Positions 12,832-25,035 are shown, numbered from the stretch's first letter. The stretch: 46,863 nt of DNA from Octopus bimaculoides (GCF_001194135.2 NC_068984.1:58451774-58498636); one strand, 5' to 3'. A program made the numbers and translations. The notes: generated by a model not told the origin, from the sequence alone.

Positions 12832-12879
12832 GTCTTACAGCTGTTTCCAGGATATTTATTATATCCCTTCATTGGAGAC
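12832..12879 (-). ncRNA. Degenerate minimal hammerhead ribozyme motif (family H3, copy 1)
   Basis: Minus strand: GTCT CCAATGA AGGGATA taataaa TATCCTG GAAA CAGCTG TA AGAC. Stem I GTCT/AGAC, stem II hairpin and palindromic ACAGCTGT stem III are present. The core has two changes from CTGATGA. Confidence 0.6.
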
Positions 12880-12944
12880 GGTGTGAGAGGATGGTTATCA
12901 CTCATAACCTACATACATATGTATATACTTACATATATATATTC

Positions 12945-13090
12945 TTTTTTTTTTATTCTTTTACTTATTTCAGTCATTTGACTGTGGCTATGCTGGAGCA
13001 CCGCCTTTTAGCTGAGCAAATCAACCCTAGGACTTATTCTTTGTAAGCCTAGTACTTATTCTATCGGTCTTTTTGCTGAACTGCTAACAT
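12945..13090 (-). mobile_element. SINE family C segment
   Basis: TTTCAGTCATTTGACTGTGGCTATGCTGGAGCACCGCCTTT..GACTTATTCTTTGTAAGCCTAGTACTTATTCTATCGG is the reverse complement of copies at 17030, 41020 and 45895. Confidence 0.8.
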
Positions 13091-13099
13091 GGAAAAATA

Positions 13100-14075
13100 A
13101 TACTTTCTAATTTTGGCACAAGGCCAGCAATTGATAAAAGAAGTCCTTGGCTGATACTTATTTTATCAACCCCAAAAGGATGAAAGGCAAAGTTGACTTT
13201 AATGGGATTTGAACTCATAATGAATTGGAAGAAATGATGCTAAATATTTTTTTTCCAACACACTAATAATTCTGCCAGTTCAATGAAACTAAGAACCTGA
13301 TTTCTTGTATAATCTTACATAAGTGGTATTAAGGATTTTGTTAGCAAAACCAAGGGTAAGAAATTAACAAAACTGTGGTTGGATCTAGCCAGTTTGAAAT
13401 GGATAAATAACTATCTATTCTATGTAGAAGCACAATAAATTTGCCTGACTGTTTTGCAGTCAGGTATTTCCATCAATGAGTTTTCAGGGGATGGGGAAAT
13501 CAGAGGTGTGAGGTTTATTCCATTCCTCAAGTACATCATAAGAATATGTGGAATAACTACAAGTAGGAATCAAACCCAAGTTACAGACTAGGTTCATTGA
13601 ATTTTGTCATTTACACTAATCAAGCTCACAACAGTAAAATTGGTTTCAAATTTCTGCACAAGACCAGCAATTTCAGGGAAGGGTTTAAGTCCATTACATC
13701 AATCCTGGTGCTCAACTGATACTTATTTTATTGACCCTGAAAAGAAGAGAGGCAAAGGCAACCTCAATGAAATTTGAACTCAACGTAAAGATGGACAAAA
13801 TATCACTTAGCATTTTGCTCAGTGTACTTATGATTCTATCAGCTCACTGCCTTGCTCACAACAGTAGTATCGATTTCAAATTTTGACACAAGGCCAGCAA
13901 TTATGGGGAAGGAGATAAGTCAATTAGATCAACCCCAGTGTTCAACTGGTACTTATTCTATTGACTCCAAAAAGATGAAAAGCAAAGTCAACCTCAGTGG
14001 AATTTGAACTCAGAACATAAAAATGAACAAAATGTCACTAAGCATTTTGCCTGACATGCTAACAATTCTGCCGGC
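13100..14075 (-). mobile_element. Cluster of three family A SINE copies (about 13100-13280, 13640-13850, 13860-14075)
   Basis: Each shows GCACAAG(G/A)CCAGCAATT..TACTTATT..GAAAGGCAAAG..TTTGAACTC..TTCTGCC, the reverse complement of family A. Confidence 0.8.
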
Positions 14076-14122
14076 TAGATATCTAGCTCACAACAATAAT
14101 ATTAACATAAAATGTCACAAAC

Positions 14123-14273
14123 CTGTGGTATTGCAATCTTTGCAAACAAGTAATTCTTCTGGCTGTCCATGTTTGTTCCTATCAGCTGTAAGTAAGCAGG
14201 AAACACACTTTTCCTGATCAAATTTCAAAATGTCTTCACTTTCGAATTCAGGGCCATGAGTTTTACGAATTCT
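14123..14273 (-). CDS. Coding exon 2 (NLS-like RIRK and first half of PHD1)
   Basis: Acceptor TTTCAG (AG at 14275-14274), donor G|GTTTGT at 14122. 151 nt; phase 0 in, phase 1 out. Encodes RIRKTHGPEFESEDILKFDQEKCVSCLLTADRNKHGQPEELLVCKDCNTT, like KAT6 CSFCLGT..N..KPEELISCADCG. Confidence 0.95.
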
Positions 14274-14445
14274 CTGAAATTTATAAACATTAGAATTAAG
14301 AGATGTCTCCAATTATTAAAAAAATAAATACAAAATGTTATTTGCTAACCATAACAAATTATCAACAATGGCTCTAATACATTCAACAGCAATTACATAG
14401 TTTCTAATACACACACAAATGAAACATTTCCTTTAAATACTTTAA

Positions 14446-14664
14446 CTCTTTAGCATTTAAACCGGCCATATCTGGCACAAATAATCTCCCTGCTTTAAGT
14501 TCAAACCAGCCAGATCTGGCCCCTCACACCTACTCTGCAATGTCATTCTCAAAATACCTGCTACATCATCAAATTCTTGAAGCTACAAGATAATTCATGA
14601 TTAATTCAAAACAATGTGAATAAATAAGCATTACATTTAACAGAATAATCTGAATGCTAAAGGG
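14446..14664. mobile_element. piggyBac-like MITE
   Basis: TTAA|CTCTTTAGCATT ... AATGCTAAAGGG|TCAA: 12-bp TIR with one mismatch and TTAA-type target site; 219 bp. Confidence 0.75.
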
Positions 14665-16493
14665 TCAAACAGACAAAATAGCCATACAAAAGTTTCTTAT
14701 AAAGCTATATCTGAAATCTCCAGTGACATCATTGCTGCTGGCACAACCAAAAGAGAAATACAGCTGGAAAATATCAAAGTTTTTGTGATTTCGAGTCAAC
14801 AACTGGTTAAATAAAATATCATAAAAGTTATGTGTTTCACAATCAGAAATAGGTTGCAGGCTCAATGTCTAACTTTTATTTTCTTACTGGATGAATTGCT
14901 ACTTAGTAAACAGTTTTGAATTTTACAAAACAATTTATGCTTTTACAGTAATTAACTTGTAGTTAATTACTGTAAAAGCATAAATTGTAATTAATTACAA
15001 CTAAATAGACTTCTGTCACTTGTACAAAAAGAAGTAAATGATCTTACTCAAGGTGATGAGCTTAAACAAGTGTAAACATGTGAAAGGAACAATATTCTTA
15101 CTCAGTAATTATCTCAGAGTAACAATAATGGAGTGGAATAAATGGTAGTGTACCAGATTAAATGCCTTATAGCACTCAATTTCACTTCACTATATTTTAA
15201 GTTTGACTTAATCCATATCTTGGTTCAACATGACCAGCTGGCTGGCCCTCAAGTGACTTTTGTTGAATTCACTCTGTTGCAAACATGCAAACCAAGTCTT
15301 CAACTGAGGATAGTTTTCTCCTTTCCTGCTACCAATCTCAGAGGCCTAGCAAAGGGTACTTTTCATCTTCTTCAAACTAAGCTGTTGATTAAAAAGAAAA
15401 GACTATATCTTTCATTGACTTTATTATTTTGTGGAAATTATGATTCTATCAAGAATTACAGTGCAGGTCTAAATGATCTGAATTTAATTTCTTTCCTCAT
15501 ATTTAGAGTTTAAGTCTTACCAAGTTGAATTTTATTTTAAACATAATAAAATAAATTACTGTAATAAATATAGACAAAATTGAAACTAGTGGAAGGAAAA
15601 ACATAATACTTTTGTGGCACAGTACATACTGCTGAATGCAAAACTTAAATCCTTCCAGGGTGGCTAAGACAACTATAAAGTTTAGTTCTGGCATAACAGT
15701 TTTAAGCAGATATGAAATTAGTCTGCCACTTGATAGGAAATCAGGTTCATGTTGGTAAAATTCCAAATCAATATAATCAATATGATGAGAATTATTTTTA
15801 TCAAAAGCTGCACCTAACTTCATCACAACCTTTCACAAAGTTCACTATGTTGTCTTATGTTACCAGTTGAGAAAAGTTAGCATGATCAACAACTTAGACA
15901 CTTGGCTCTGTAACTTCTGTAAAAACTGAAGTTAAATAGTGGCAACAAATTTTATCCTATCTAAAACATTCATATTAATAAAATGAGAGCTACAGAGCCC
16001 CATTATTGCATTTAGACAAATATGTACAAGGTAAATTATTTATCACAGGTAACATCACATAATATAATAAAAAAACAGCAACACATTATCCAGTCATCAA
16101 ACTAATCAATATAATAGACCATACCAGACTAACTCCAAAATAACCAGATTGCTTCATAAATATAGCATATCTAAAAATTTGCATTACACATTCAATGTCC
16201 AACACTTATAACAAGAAATTTATATGTTTTGTATACTCTGTTACACATTTATTGCAGTTTTTGGTGATAACGGTTGACAAATAGTGTGAGGGTTACAAGT
16301 TTCTGGACATGTTGTATTTGTATATATGTGGCAATTATACAATTTTGGAGTTTGTTTGGTGTGGTCTGTTGTAATTATGTTGTATACAATAGTTGGATAA
16401 TGCATTGCAGATAGGGATTCTCTCCCAGAATCCCTGACAAAATCAGCTAAAAGTGCAAATGGGAATTCTTGGCAATTTAAAAACTAATTATAA

Positions 16494-16728
16494 CCCTTTT
16501 GTTACCAAACCTCTGTTGAAATACACTGGCTTTATTTCCATTAATTTTGAAAATAATGAGGAGTTTATTAATGAGGAATTTATTAAAACATCTTTATCAT
16601 TATTAAGCTGATGATTAGAGCATAACTTAGCATGAAATTTTGATGAGAGATTCTCATTTAGAGCTTTTCAAAGAGAGTTTGCATCATAGAACCCGGGGGT
16701 AGTTCCAAGCAGGTTGGCACCAACAGGG
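16494..16728. mobile_element. piggyBac-like MITE, second family
   Basis: ATAA|CCCTTTTGTTACCA ... TGGCACCAACAGGG|TTAA: CCC/GGG termini with degenerate TIR. Confidence 0.6.
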
Positions 16729-16814
16729 TTAAAGAACTTAGATGGACTAACAAGTGGTCTATTATGACATTTAAAAATCACCCACAAAGACAAGTTTCTC
16801 AGAAACTTATACCA

Positions 16815-17250
16815 AGCAAATCTCTGTGGTTAGAAGTTTGCTTCCTAACCACATGATTTCAGGTTCAATCCTACTGTGTGGCACTTTAGGCAAGTGTCTT
16901 CAACTATAGCTTTGGCTCAACCAAAGCCTTGTGAGTGGATTTGGTAGACGGAAACTGAAAGAAGCCTGTCTTGTGTGTGTGTGCATGCATGCGCGCATGT
17001 GCATTTGTGTGCATGCATGCATGTGTCTGAGGATGTTCCTTACCACTGCTTGACAACTGGTGTTGTGTTTATCTCCTTATAACTTAGCAGTTCAGCAAAA
17101 GAGACTGATAAAATAAGTACCAGGCTTTAAAAAAAAAACAAAGAAAAGAAAGGTACTAGGGTTGATTTGTTTAACTAAAAATTCTTCACGGTTGTGCCCC
17201 AGCATGGCCACAGTCTAATGACTGAAACATGTAAAAGATAAAAGACAACC
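16815..17250 (+). mobile_element. Composite SINE: family B tRNA-like head, (GT/GCAT) spacer, family C segment
   Basis: TGTGGTTAGAAGTTTGCTTCCTAACCACATG..GGTTCAATCC..GGAAACTGAAAGAAGCC, then repeats, then CTTGACAACTGGTG..AAATAAGTACCAGG..ATGACTGAAACATGTAAAAGA. Confidence 0.8.
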
Positions 17251-17899
17251 CAAATGATGAAGCTCCTTGAAAAAGAATCAACAAATAGAAATTAGCCTTC
17301 ATTATGCAAAAAACAGACTGAATAATATCCAAATTAATTGTTATTGAGGAATTTTCCATGGAAATCATTGGAAATCACGTATAGCATTATTTTATTCTTT
17401 TCTGAAATTGTCAACATGATAACTCGTGACTTATTAATTAAACATTTTATAAGTGGGACATTTCATTAAGAATTATTACAGTCTGGTGGAAATTCACGGA
17501 ATATGCATTTTTTCTTCTTTTCTTTCTTCATAGAATATGAGTAAATTAGGAATGAAGAGCATGGGGAAGAAGTATTTAGTGTTTACATACAGAATAATTG
17601 TCTCCAGGAAATTGTACCTGATGAAAATGTCTTATAATAGTCAATTATTTTAGCTTTAGCTATAAACAACTTCACAAGCCATTTTCTAATGTATTCTTTA
17701 AGGTGTAAACATTTGTTTGAAACTGTTATATCTTAGTTGTAATCCTTTGTAAGTGTACCAGAACAGATATATATTTATATATATTTATATATATATGAAA
17801 ACATACATTCATATATGTATGTACAGTCATATATAACACGTTTGTGTATGCTGGGTTGTGGGAAAGTCTTTTGATGAGAAAATAGTCTTAGAATGAAAT

Positions 17900-19050
17900 T
17901 CTCCAGATAAATATGTGAAAACACATTAAGCTGAGAATAACATCATTGGATTGTAGGACTCAAGTATTTCATCAACTACAAATACCAAATCAACCTTTCA
18001 AAAACCCATAAGAACGATTGTTCTTACATATAAGAACTCCAAATCATGCATTTGCTGACATGCATAAAGTTTGACCAAACTGGAATTAATAACTAACAGT
18101 CATATGAAGTAGCATTGAATAAAATATACATGTGTACAATCATATTTAACACATTTATGTACATTCAGACATAGGAAGACCTTTCGCAGAAGAAACAGTC
18201 TCAGGAAAAAAAAAATCTCCTCCTAGAGAATATGAACAACAAGTAATATATTTGCTGTTGTACATAAAGCTTGGTCAAGCTGGAATTAATCCTAGCTTGA
18301 CATTCTGAAATCAGCAGCTTTAAGGACAAAATTATGTAGACTCATAGTACAGAACCACATAAAGGAAGAAATAGGTGCCAGAGCATCATCTGCTTCACCC
18401 ACATCTCTCCTGTTCAACATACATTGCTACTAACATGTGTAAAAAAACTTAACATTAATAAACACTTCCCAGATAATCATAGCTATAAAAAATAGACACA
18501 ATTTGAAGATTAGTTTTAGTTACACACCCAATTTCAAATATTGGCTTCACACAAATAGACTGAGAAACCAGCCATTCTTGTTGAGATATATAGAACTGTG
18601 CCCACTGGATGGCACTTGTAAAACCAAGATTAAAATACATGAAGTATTATTTAAAACAACAAATACAGAAAACACCACCTGCATTAAGAGGTATGTAAGG
18701 ATTACACAAAGCAACTTAAAGCAAGATATAACAATTATACCTCCCGCTTCAGAAACTAATATAAACACAACCTCACAAAGTTCTACAGTTACATCTGGGA
18801 TTTAAAAGAGAGGTCTGTCAACCATTCCATCAAGCGAAAATATGCAAACATCACACCAACAATAGCAGAAGGTGCTGTTCTCTGTAATGCAGAAAAGTAG
18901 CTTATTCTGAAGAGCTCACTGAAGCCTAGCACCTAGCAAAACTTTTGGAACTGCCTGCATACCAGCAAGTACATCCTCAGATTTTGGTCACAGACTATAC
19001 AAAATGAGCAAGAGACTCTACAAACTATTATACCCAAATTCAAGTCATAA
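17900..19050 (+). mobile_element. Second, highly decayed Naiad-type Penelope-like element (C-terminal half)
   Basis: Across frames: INKHFPDNH..RHNLKISFSYTPNF, LCPLDGTCKT, RYNNYTSRFRN, YIWDLKERSVNHSIK and LCNAEK..ILK. These parallel the linker and GIY-YIG of the element at 1305-3420. Confidence 0.7.
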
Positions 19051-20439
19051 GAAATAATGGATTTCTTCAATACACCCACCTCCTCCAAACATAACACAAC
19101 AGTTAAGTCATATTTTTTCTGGCCTCATTTTAAAATGAAAGATTATGCATATTATATCTATTCATGAATTTACTTGTTATTTATCCTATATAGACTTTGG
19201 AGACTTAAGGGTTTTAGCTGAAGACTTATACCTGAGCTCCATAATCTGTCAATTATTGTTCATTGAGTAAATGTTCGGAAAAAAAATCAACAACTTGCAC
19301 AGTAGCACTGTTAAGGAAAGTCCTGCTCTTTTAAACAGAACCATAAGCCCTTTTCTTATTCTGTTTTATTGTTTATGCATTGCATTCAGTTAATGCTAAG
19401 TCAAATGTAATCCAACCAGAAAGTTAGAAAACTGATCCACAATTTTGAAAAAAGACAGCTTGAATTATCTCAATGCAGATATAATGATATCTGCCCTGAG
19501 ATAATTCAATTTGTTTTGTGGAGTACTGTTAAACCATATATGGTGCTCATAAAAGCTTATATCTTCTGTGTACTTTCATGATATGTTTTGGTAATCAAAC
19601 AGTTGTGCCAATGCTTTTTCAATAATACATATGAAATATAATTGAGAAAGGTTGTATGGGAAATACTCAAGTCTTCTCATGAGTATTGCAGCAATTGCCA
19701 ATCATTGCCTACTAACTAGTAAGATACCTCTGTAGTGATGGTATATTTGTGTTAGTGTTCTGGGTATAACTTAAAACTGTATCAGACCCTGGTTCAGAAG
19801 TTCCAAGTTTTGAGGAGTGTGGAAACTCAACTTAGCCACTATTATTCTCAGGTCACAGAGTAGTAGGTAAGTTACCGTCTCAAGTCATACCAATTCATAA
19901 GGGCCATTTTCCCAGTTTCATGGTATATATATTCCTCACCTAGACTGGAGCAATGTTAAATGAAGTGTTTTGCTCAAAAACACAATGTGTCTCCCGGTCT
20001 AGGAATCAAAACCACAATTGTACAATCATGAGTCCAACACCCTAACCACTAAGCCATGCACCCCCACAGCTCAGAGTAGTAGCACCTGTCAGGGTCCCAA
20101 GTATGGACTAATTAGCATATCAGGGCTTGCCAGCCTATGCATGTGAAGATTGGATTCAGTAGACTCTGAAGAAGAAGTATTTACAGTTCAACATTGGGGA
20201 TGGCAGCTGCAACAACACATTGTAGAGTGTAGAGAGCAAGATAAGGAAAAAGTAAGAGATCTTGGGCCATCCATTGCCATCTTGAACTGGTCTTACCACT
20301 GGATTGAAATGGTCATACAAAAGAGAAGGAGATTGACAGCATGCAACTCTTCTTCATTTTAAAGGAAGTCACAGTGCAAGTCATTAGTCATCTCAATGAA
20401 AACTAGATGGCCCTCATTGCTCTAACGGACAAAAATACA

Positions 20440-20659
20440 TATCTATCTTTTACTTTTTACTTGCTTCAGTCATTTGACTATGGTCATGCTGGGGCAACAC
20501 CTCAAAGAGTTTTAGTGAAAGAAACTGGCCCCAGGATTTTTTTTTTTAAAGCCTGGTACTTATGCTACCAAACAATTTTACTGAACTGCTAAGTTACAGC
20601 GACACAAATACACTAATACAGTAGTCAAGCAGTGGTGGGTGACAAACACAGACACAAAG

Positions 20660-20680
<21 letters not shown>
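20440..20680 (-). mobile_element. SINE family C segment
   Basis: CTTCAGTCATTTGACTATGGTCATGCTGGGGCAACACC..GCTAAGTTACAGCGACACAAATAC..GACAAACACAGACAC. Confidence 0.75.
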
Positions 20681-20702
<22 letters not shown>

Positions 20703-21045
20703 NNNNNNNNNNNNNNNNNNNNNNNNNNNNNNNNNNNNNNNNNNNNNNNNNNNNNNNNNNNNNNNNNNNNNNNNNNNNNNNNNNNNNNNNNNNNNNNNNN
20801 NNNNNNNNNNNNNNNNNNNNNNNNNNNNNNNNNNNNNNNNNNNNNNNNNNNNNNNNNNNNNNNNNNNNNNNNNNNNNNNNNNNNNNNNNNNNNNNNNNNN
20901 NNNNNNNNNNNNNNNNNNNNNNNNNNNNNNNNNNNNNNNNNNNNNNNNNNNNNNNNNNNNNNNNNNNNNNNNNNNNNNNNNNNNNNNNNNNNNNNNNNNN
21001 NNNNNNNNNNNNNNNNNNNNNNNNNNNNNNNNNNNNNNNNNNNNN

Positions 21046-21046
<1 letters not shown>
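20703..21046. other. Assembly gap flanked by (TA)n
   Basis: Run of N. Confidence 0.99.
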
Positions 21047-21100
<54 letters not shown>

Positions 21101-21684
21101 CACAAATAGTGCTTTTTAGTATAACCACTCATCTGAGACTTCTCTAGTCATGAATCTGTAGAGTCAGTCTCTAACAATATTTAAAGATGGTATCCTTATT
21201 CAACTTTTTCAGTAAATCATGCTTGGGTCAAAAGCACCTACTTTACTTGAAGTCACACTGTCCGTTACATATAATGATATTTTAGTTAATGTCAAATAGG
21301 GTGCTTTTAAATAGTATACATGAATGTGTATAAGTGTGTGTACTTTTGCTGATCAGTTTATTATGAGTAGTTAACAGTTTGTGGATTTGTCTTACTCGCC
21401 ATTAGTCTTTTTTTCCTTTCTTTTCTAAGGTTGGTTACTATTATTTGACAATCTAAACATGTTCTATCAATCCATACACTTACTAGGTCGAACATACACA
21501 CATCCAAACACATACACACATTTCCCATTGTTTTTTTAAGGAATAATATTTTCATTGAAATGGAATGACATATATATATATATATATAAGTTCAAAAAAC
21601 AATAACAAAAAAACAACAAAGTGAGGACGTGATACGGATAGTGTTATTGGACGCTCAGCAAAGGAAAGAGAGAGTGTATATATA

Positions 21685-22695
21685 TCTATATATATAAAAA
21701 TGAGAATGTGTGTCTGTCTGTCTGTGTGAATCCCTAAAACTCGAGAACTACGCAACCAATTTCATTCAAATTTTACAGATGCCTTACTTAGGGTTCCAGT
21801 TGTGTTTTAGTCAAAAAAATTTTAACTTCTTGCAGAGTTCGAGCCCACGGCAACATTATATCTCCTCCACNNNNNNNNNNNNNNNNNNNNNNNNNNNNNN
21901 NNNNNNNNNNNNNNNNNNNNNNNNNNNNNNNNNNNNNNNNNNNNNNNNNNNNNNNNNNNNNNNNNNNNNNNNNNNNNNNNNNNNNNNNNNNNNNNNNNNN
22001 NNNNNNNNNNNNNNNNNNNNNNNNNNNNNNNNNNNNNNNNNNNNNNNNNNNNNNNNNNNNNNNNNNNNNNNNNNNNNNNNNNNNNNNNNNNNNNNNNNNN
22101 NNNNNNNNNNNNNNNNNNNNNNNNNNNNNNNNNNNNNNNNNNNNNNNNNNNNNNNNNNNNNNNNNNNNNNNNNNNNNNNNNNNNNNNNNNNNNNNNNNNN
22201 NNNNNNNNNNNNNNNNNNNNNNNNNNNNNNNNNNNNNNNNNNNNNNNNNNNNNNNNNNNNNNNNNNNNNNNNNNNNNNNNNNNNNNNNNNNNNNNNNNNN
22301 NNNNNNNNNNNNNNNNNNNNNNNNNNNNNNNNNNNNNNNNNNNNNNNNNGCAATGTGGTGCATAAATTGTCAAGTAAATGAGACGCATCTTTGCCTCCAC
22401 TGATTCACTTGCAAAGTGTTGAGTAAAATTATTTCGTTGCAGACCTCCTTTGGGTCTTTTTATTATCACTGCGACACGCATATTCCCCAGTTGGTAACAT
22501 TGATTTCAAGGCCCTCCTAGATGAGAGACTGGCATTCCACTTAATGTCTATGTTCCATGCTGGCATGGATTGGAGAGTTATTAATGTAGAAATATGGTAT
22601 CGTAGCTACTAACAGTTGAGGGTTGCGTAGTCTAGACGGCGTTTTTAGATTTCATTATTCTCTTTAACCCGGGCAAAGCCGGGTATTTCTGCTAG
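21685..22695 (+). mobile_element. Non-autonomous Helitron spanning the 21871-22350 gap
   Basis: 5' A|TC start (TCTATATATATAAAAATGAGAATGTGTGTCTGTCTG). 3' end has the hairpin CCCGGGCAAAGCCGGG shortly before CTAG|T at 22692-22696. No TSD; inserted at AT. The gap means the two ends could belong to two copies. Confidence 0.7.
21871..22350. other. Assembly gap
   Basis: Run of N. Confidence 0.99.
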
Positions 22696-22971
22696 TATAT
22701 ATATATAAAGGGAAACAGAAGTAAAGTTACACAAAGTAGAATTAAAATTTATATTACTTATTGCATTTGCATATAGCAATATACATTATATGCATGCTCC
22801 TGTGCTCAGATGTAGTACCAAGGATGTGAGGTGTCATCCCCACCAATATATAATTGAATTAATTTAATGGGCTCATGCTGCAGAACTCATTAGATACTAT
22901 TTACCTTAAAATAGCACTAAGTATCTAAGTCTAGCAAAGTCTCATCACCAGGACTAACAACAGCTGATTTC

Positions 22972-22974
<3 letters not shown>

Positions 22975-23020
<46 letters not shown>
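22975..23020. repeat. (GA)n microsatellite
   Basis: Direct reading. Confidence 0.95.
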
Positions 23021-23024
<4 letters not shown>

Positions 23025-23439
23025 TGAAGTGAGAAAGTAGGAGAAACATCAACTGATATGTTATTTATTGGCTCCAAAGAGAGGAAGAATAAAAGTGAAC
23101 TCAGCATGACTTGAACTCAGAGTGCAGAGAAGAGATAAATTATTTTATCCATAGTCTCAATAATTCTGCCAATACTAGTGTGTGTGTATGTATGTTGCTT
23201 CCTTGGAGGACTGTGGTGAAGGAAGGAACTGCTTCGCTTCTCAACTTGTTTGTTTAGAGCGCTGAGCCACCCTCTTGGTATGCAAGTACTGTGACAGAAG
23301 CTGCGCTTCAATCATAGGAAGAATCAGCCATGAAAGAAACTGCAAGAAAAGGAGCCCCTGATATGTTCAATTAAGTGGCCTCTAAGATAAATTGACCGTC
23401 TGCATAGATGAAAAGGGCCAATTATTATATATATATATA

Positions 23440-23685
23440 TACATTATCTTTTAATCTTTTACATGTTCCACTCACTAGACTGCAGCCATGATAGGGCACT
23501 AGCTTGAGGAATTTTAGTCGAACTAATATCAACCCCAGTACCTATTTCCTTTCTAAGCTTGGTTCTTATTCTATCAGTCTCAGCTGTTAAACTGTTAAGT
23601 TATGGGGACATAAACACACCAACACCAGTTGTCGAATGGTTGTGGGGGACAAACATAGACACAAAAAAGACACACACGTGCGTGT
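23440..23685 (-). mobile_element. SINE family C segment
   Basis: CTAGACTGCAGCCATGATAGGGCAC..CCCCAGTACC..CTATCAGTCTC..TAAGTTATGGGGACATAAACACACCAACACCAGTTGTCG. Confidence 0.75.
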
Positions 23686-23689
23686 GTGT

Positions 23690-23692
23690 GTG

Positions 23693-23730
<38 letters not shown>

Positions 23731-23974
23731 TATATACATATATACATACATATATATATACATACATATATATATGCATAATATATATACATACATATAT
23801 ACATACATACATATATACATACATACATATATACATATATACATACATACATACATATATATATACATACATACATACATATATACATACATATATACAT
23901 ACATACATACATATATACATATATACATACATACATACATATATACATATATACATACATACATACATATATAT

Positions 23975-24007
<33 letters not shown>

Positions 24008-24033
24008 TATATCCATATATATATATATATATC
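23690..24033. repeat. Compound (CT)/(TA)/(TACA)n microsatellite
   Basis: Direct reading; source of several IYIHT/VCM ORF artefacts. Confidence 0.97.
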
Positions 24034-24387
24034 AATAATAATAAAAGGGTAAAATTAATTAATTAATCAATTAATTAATTAATAATTTTACCAAGTAGTT
24101 CGGTACATTAAAATAACCTTTTTGAGTAACATTATACAAATATTCTATAATTATAAGCATAATTATAATCAGGGGTCAGCTAATTGCTTTGCCATGTACC
24201 GAATTTAGAAATAGCAGTTAAAATACCATTCTGCTACCATAAATATCTCCCAGACAGTAACACACTTTTTTTTTACGTAGGCAAAGAGAAAACATAACGA
24301 ATCCAGTCCTGGTTAAATATCAGTTATACGATGACACTGGATTGCATACATATTTAATTCTAACACTCTCAAATTTATATTTGAAAT

Positions 24388-24455
24388 GCTGCACTGATGA
24401 GGTGAAATAAGTAAGTAAATATAACTTTACTTTAATCCCGAAATGCGTATGTAGC
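24388..24455 (+). ncRNA. Minimal type I hammerhead ribozyme (family H1) in a short non-coding element (about 24040-24650)
   Basis: GCTGCA CTGATGA GG-[imperfect long hairpin, inner AAGTAAA/TTTACTT]-CC C GAAA TGCG TA TGTAGC. Stem I GCTGCA/TGTAGC has 6 bp with one GU; core intact; G10.1-C11.1 closes stem II; GUA triplet with predicted cut after 24449. Confidence 0.8.
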
Positions 24456-25035
24456 TAATCTAAGTTGTGTGGATTCGTTATTTTATCTCTTTGTTTCACA
24501 AATAAGGTATTTTTCATTCCAGTGGCCATTACACGTCTACCAAATTATGGGATATTGTTTACAGGAAAATGTAAATAATGTCTCAATGTCCCTATTTTAT
24601 GCTCAGACAGTATTATTTATGACGTCATGTCGAACTGACATTTACAACACATACTCACAAACACACACACAACCAATAGGCTCCTTTTGGTTTCTGTTTG
24701 TCAATTTCACTGATAAGGCATAGATTGATCTGAGGTGATACTAGTAGAAAACATTTGCCGAAGATGTCACACTGCAAAACCAAACCTGAAACCAGATGGA
24801 TGCGATATGAATTTGGTAACCACACAGCTATGCCTTCACATGTGTGTGTAGAGAGATTAAAATGCTAATGAACAGAATGTAAGCAGATGAAACATTGAAC
24901 ACTAATGTAAATGACATCAACTACTATGATGGCGTAGCAGGACCATTTCATATTATTATAACAGATTTCTCTAGTTAGTACTACAATACATTACATTACG
25001 CTGTATACTTTCTATAATTAATATATACTTATTGT

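Noticed and set aside
14665-15826. Short ORFs in intron 1 as extra exons or a transposase
   Set aside because: No recognisable motif, and exon 1 joins exon 2 in phase without them.
19215-19260. CTGAAGA just after the second PLE relic
   Set aside because: No downstream GAAA or stem I complement.
20578-22481. Long ORFs of 150-220 aa
   Set aside because: They are made of N-gap X residues and (TA)n repeats.
23559-24052. Five overlapping ORFs rich in Y/I/H/T or M/Y/V/C
   Set aside because: Microsatellite translation artefacts.
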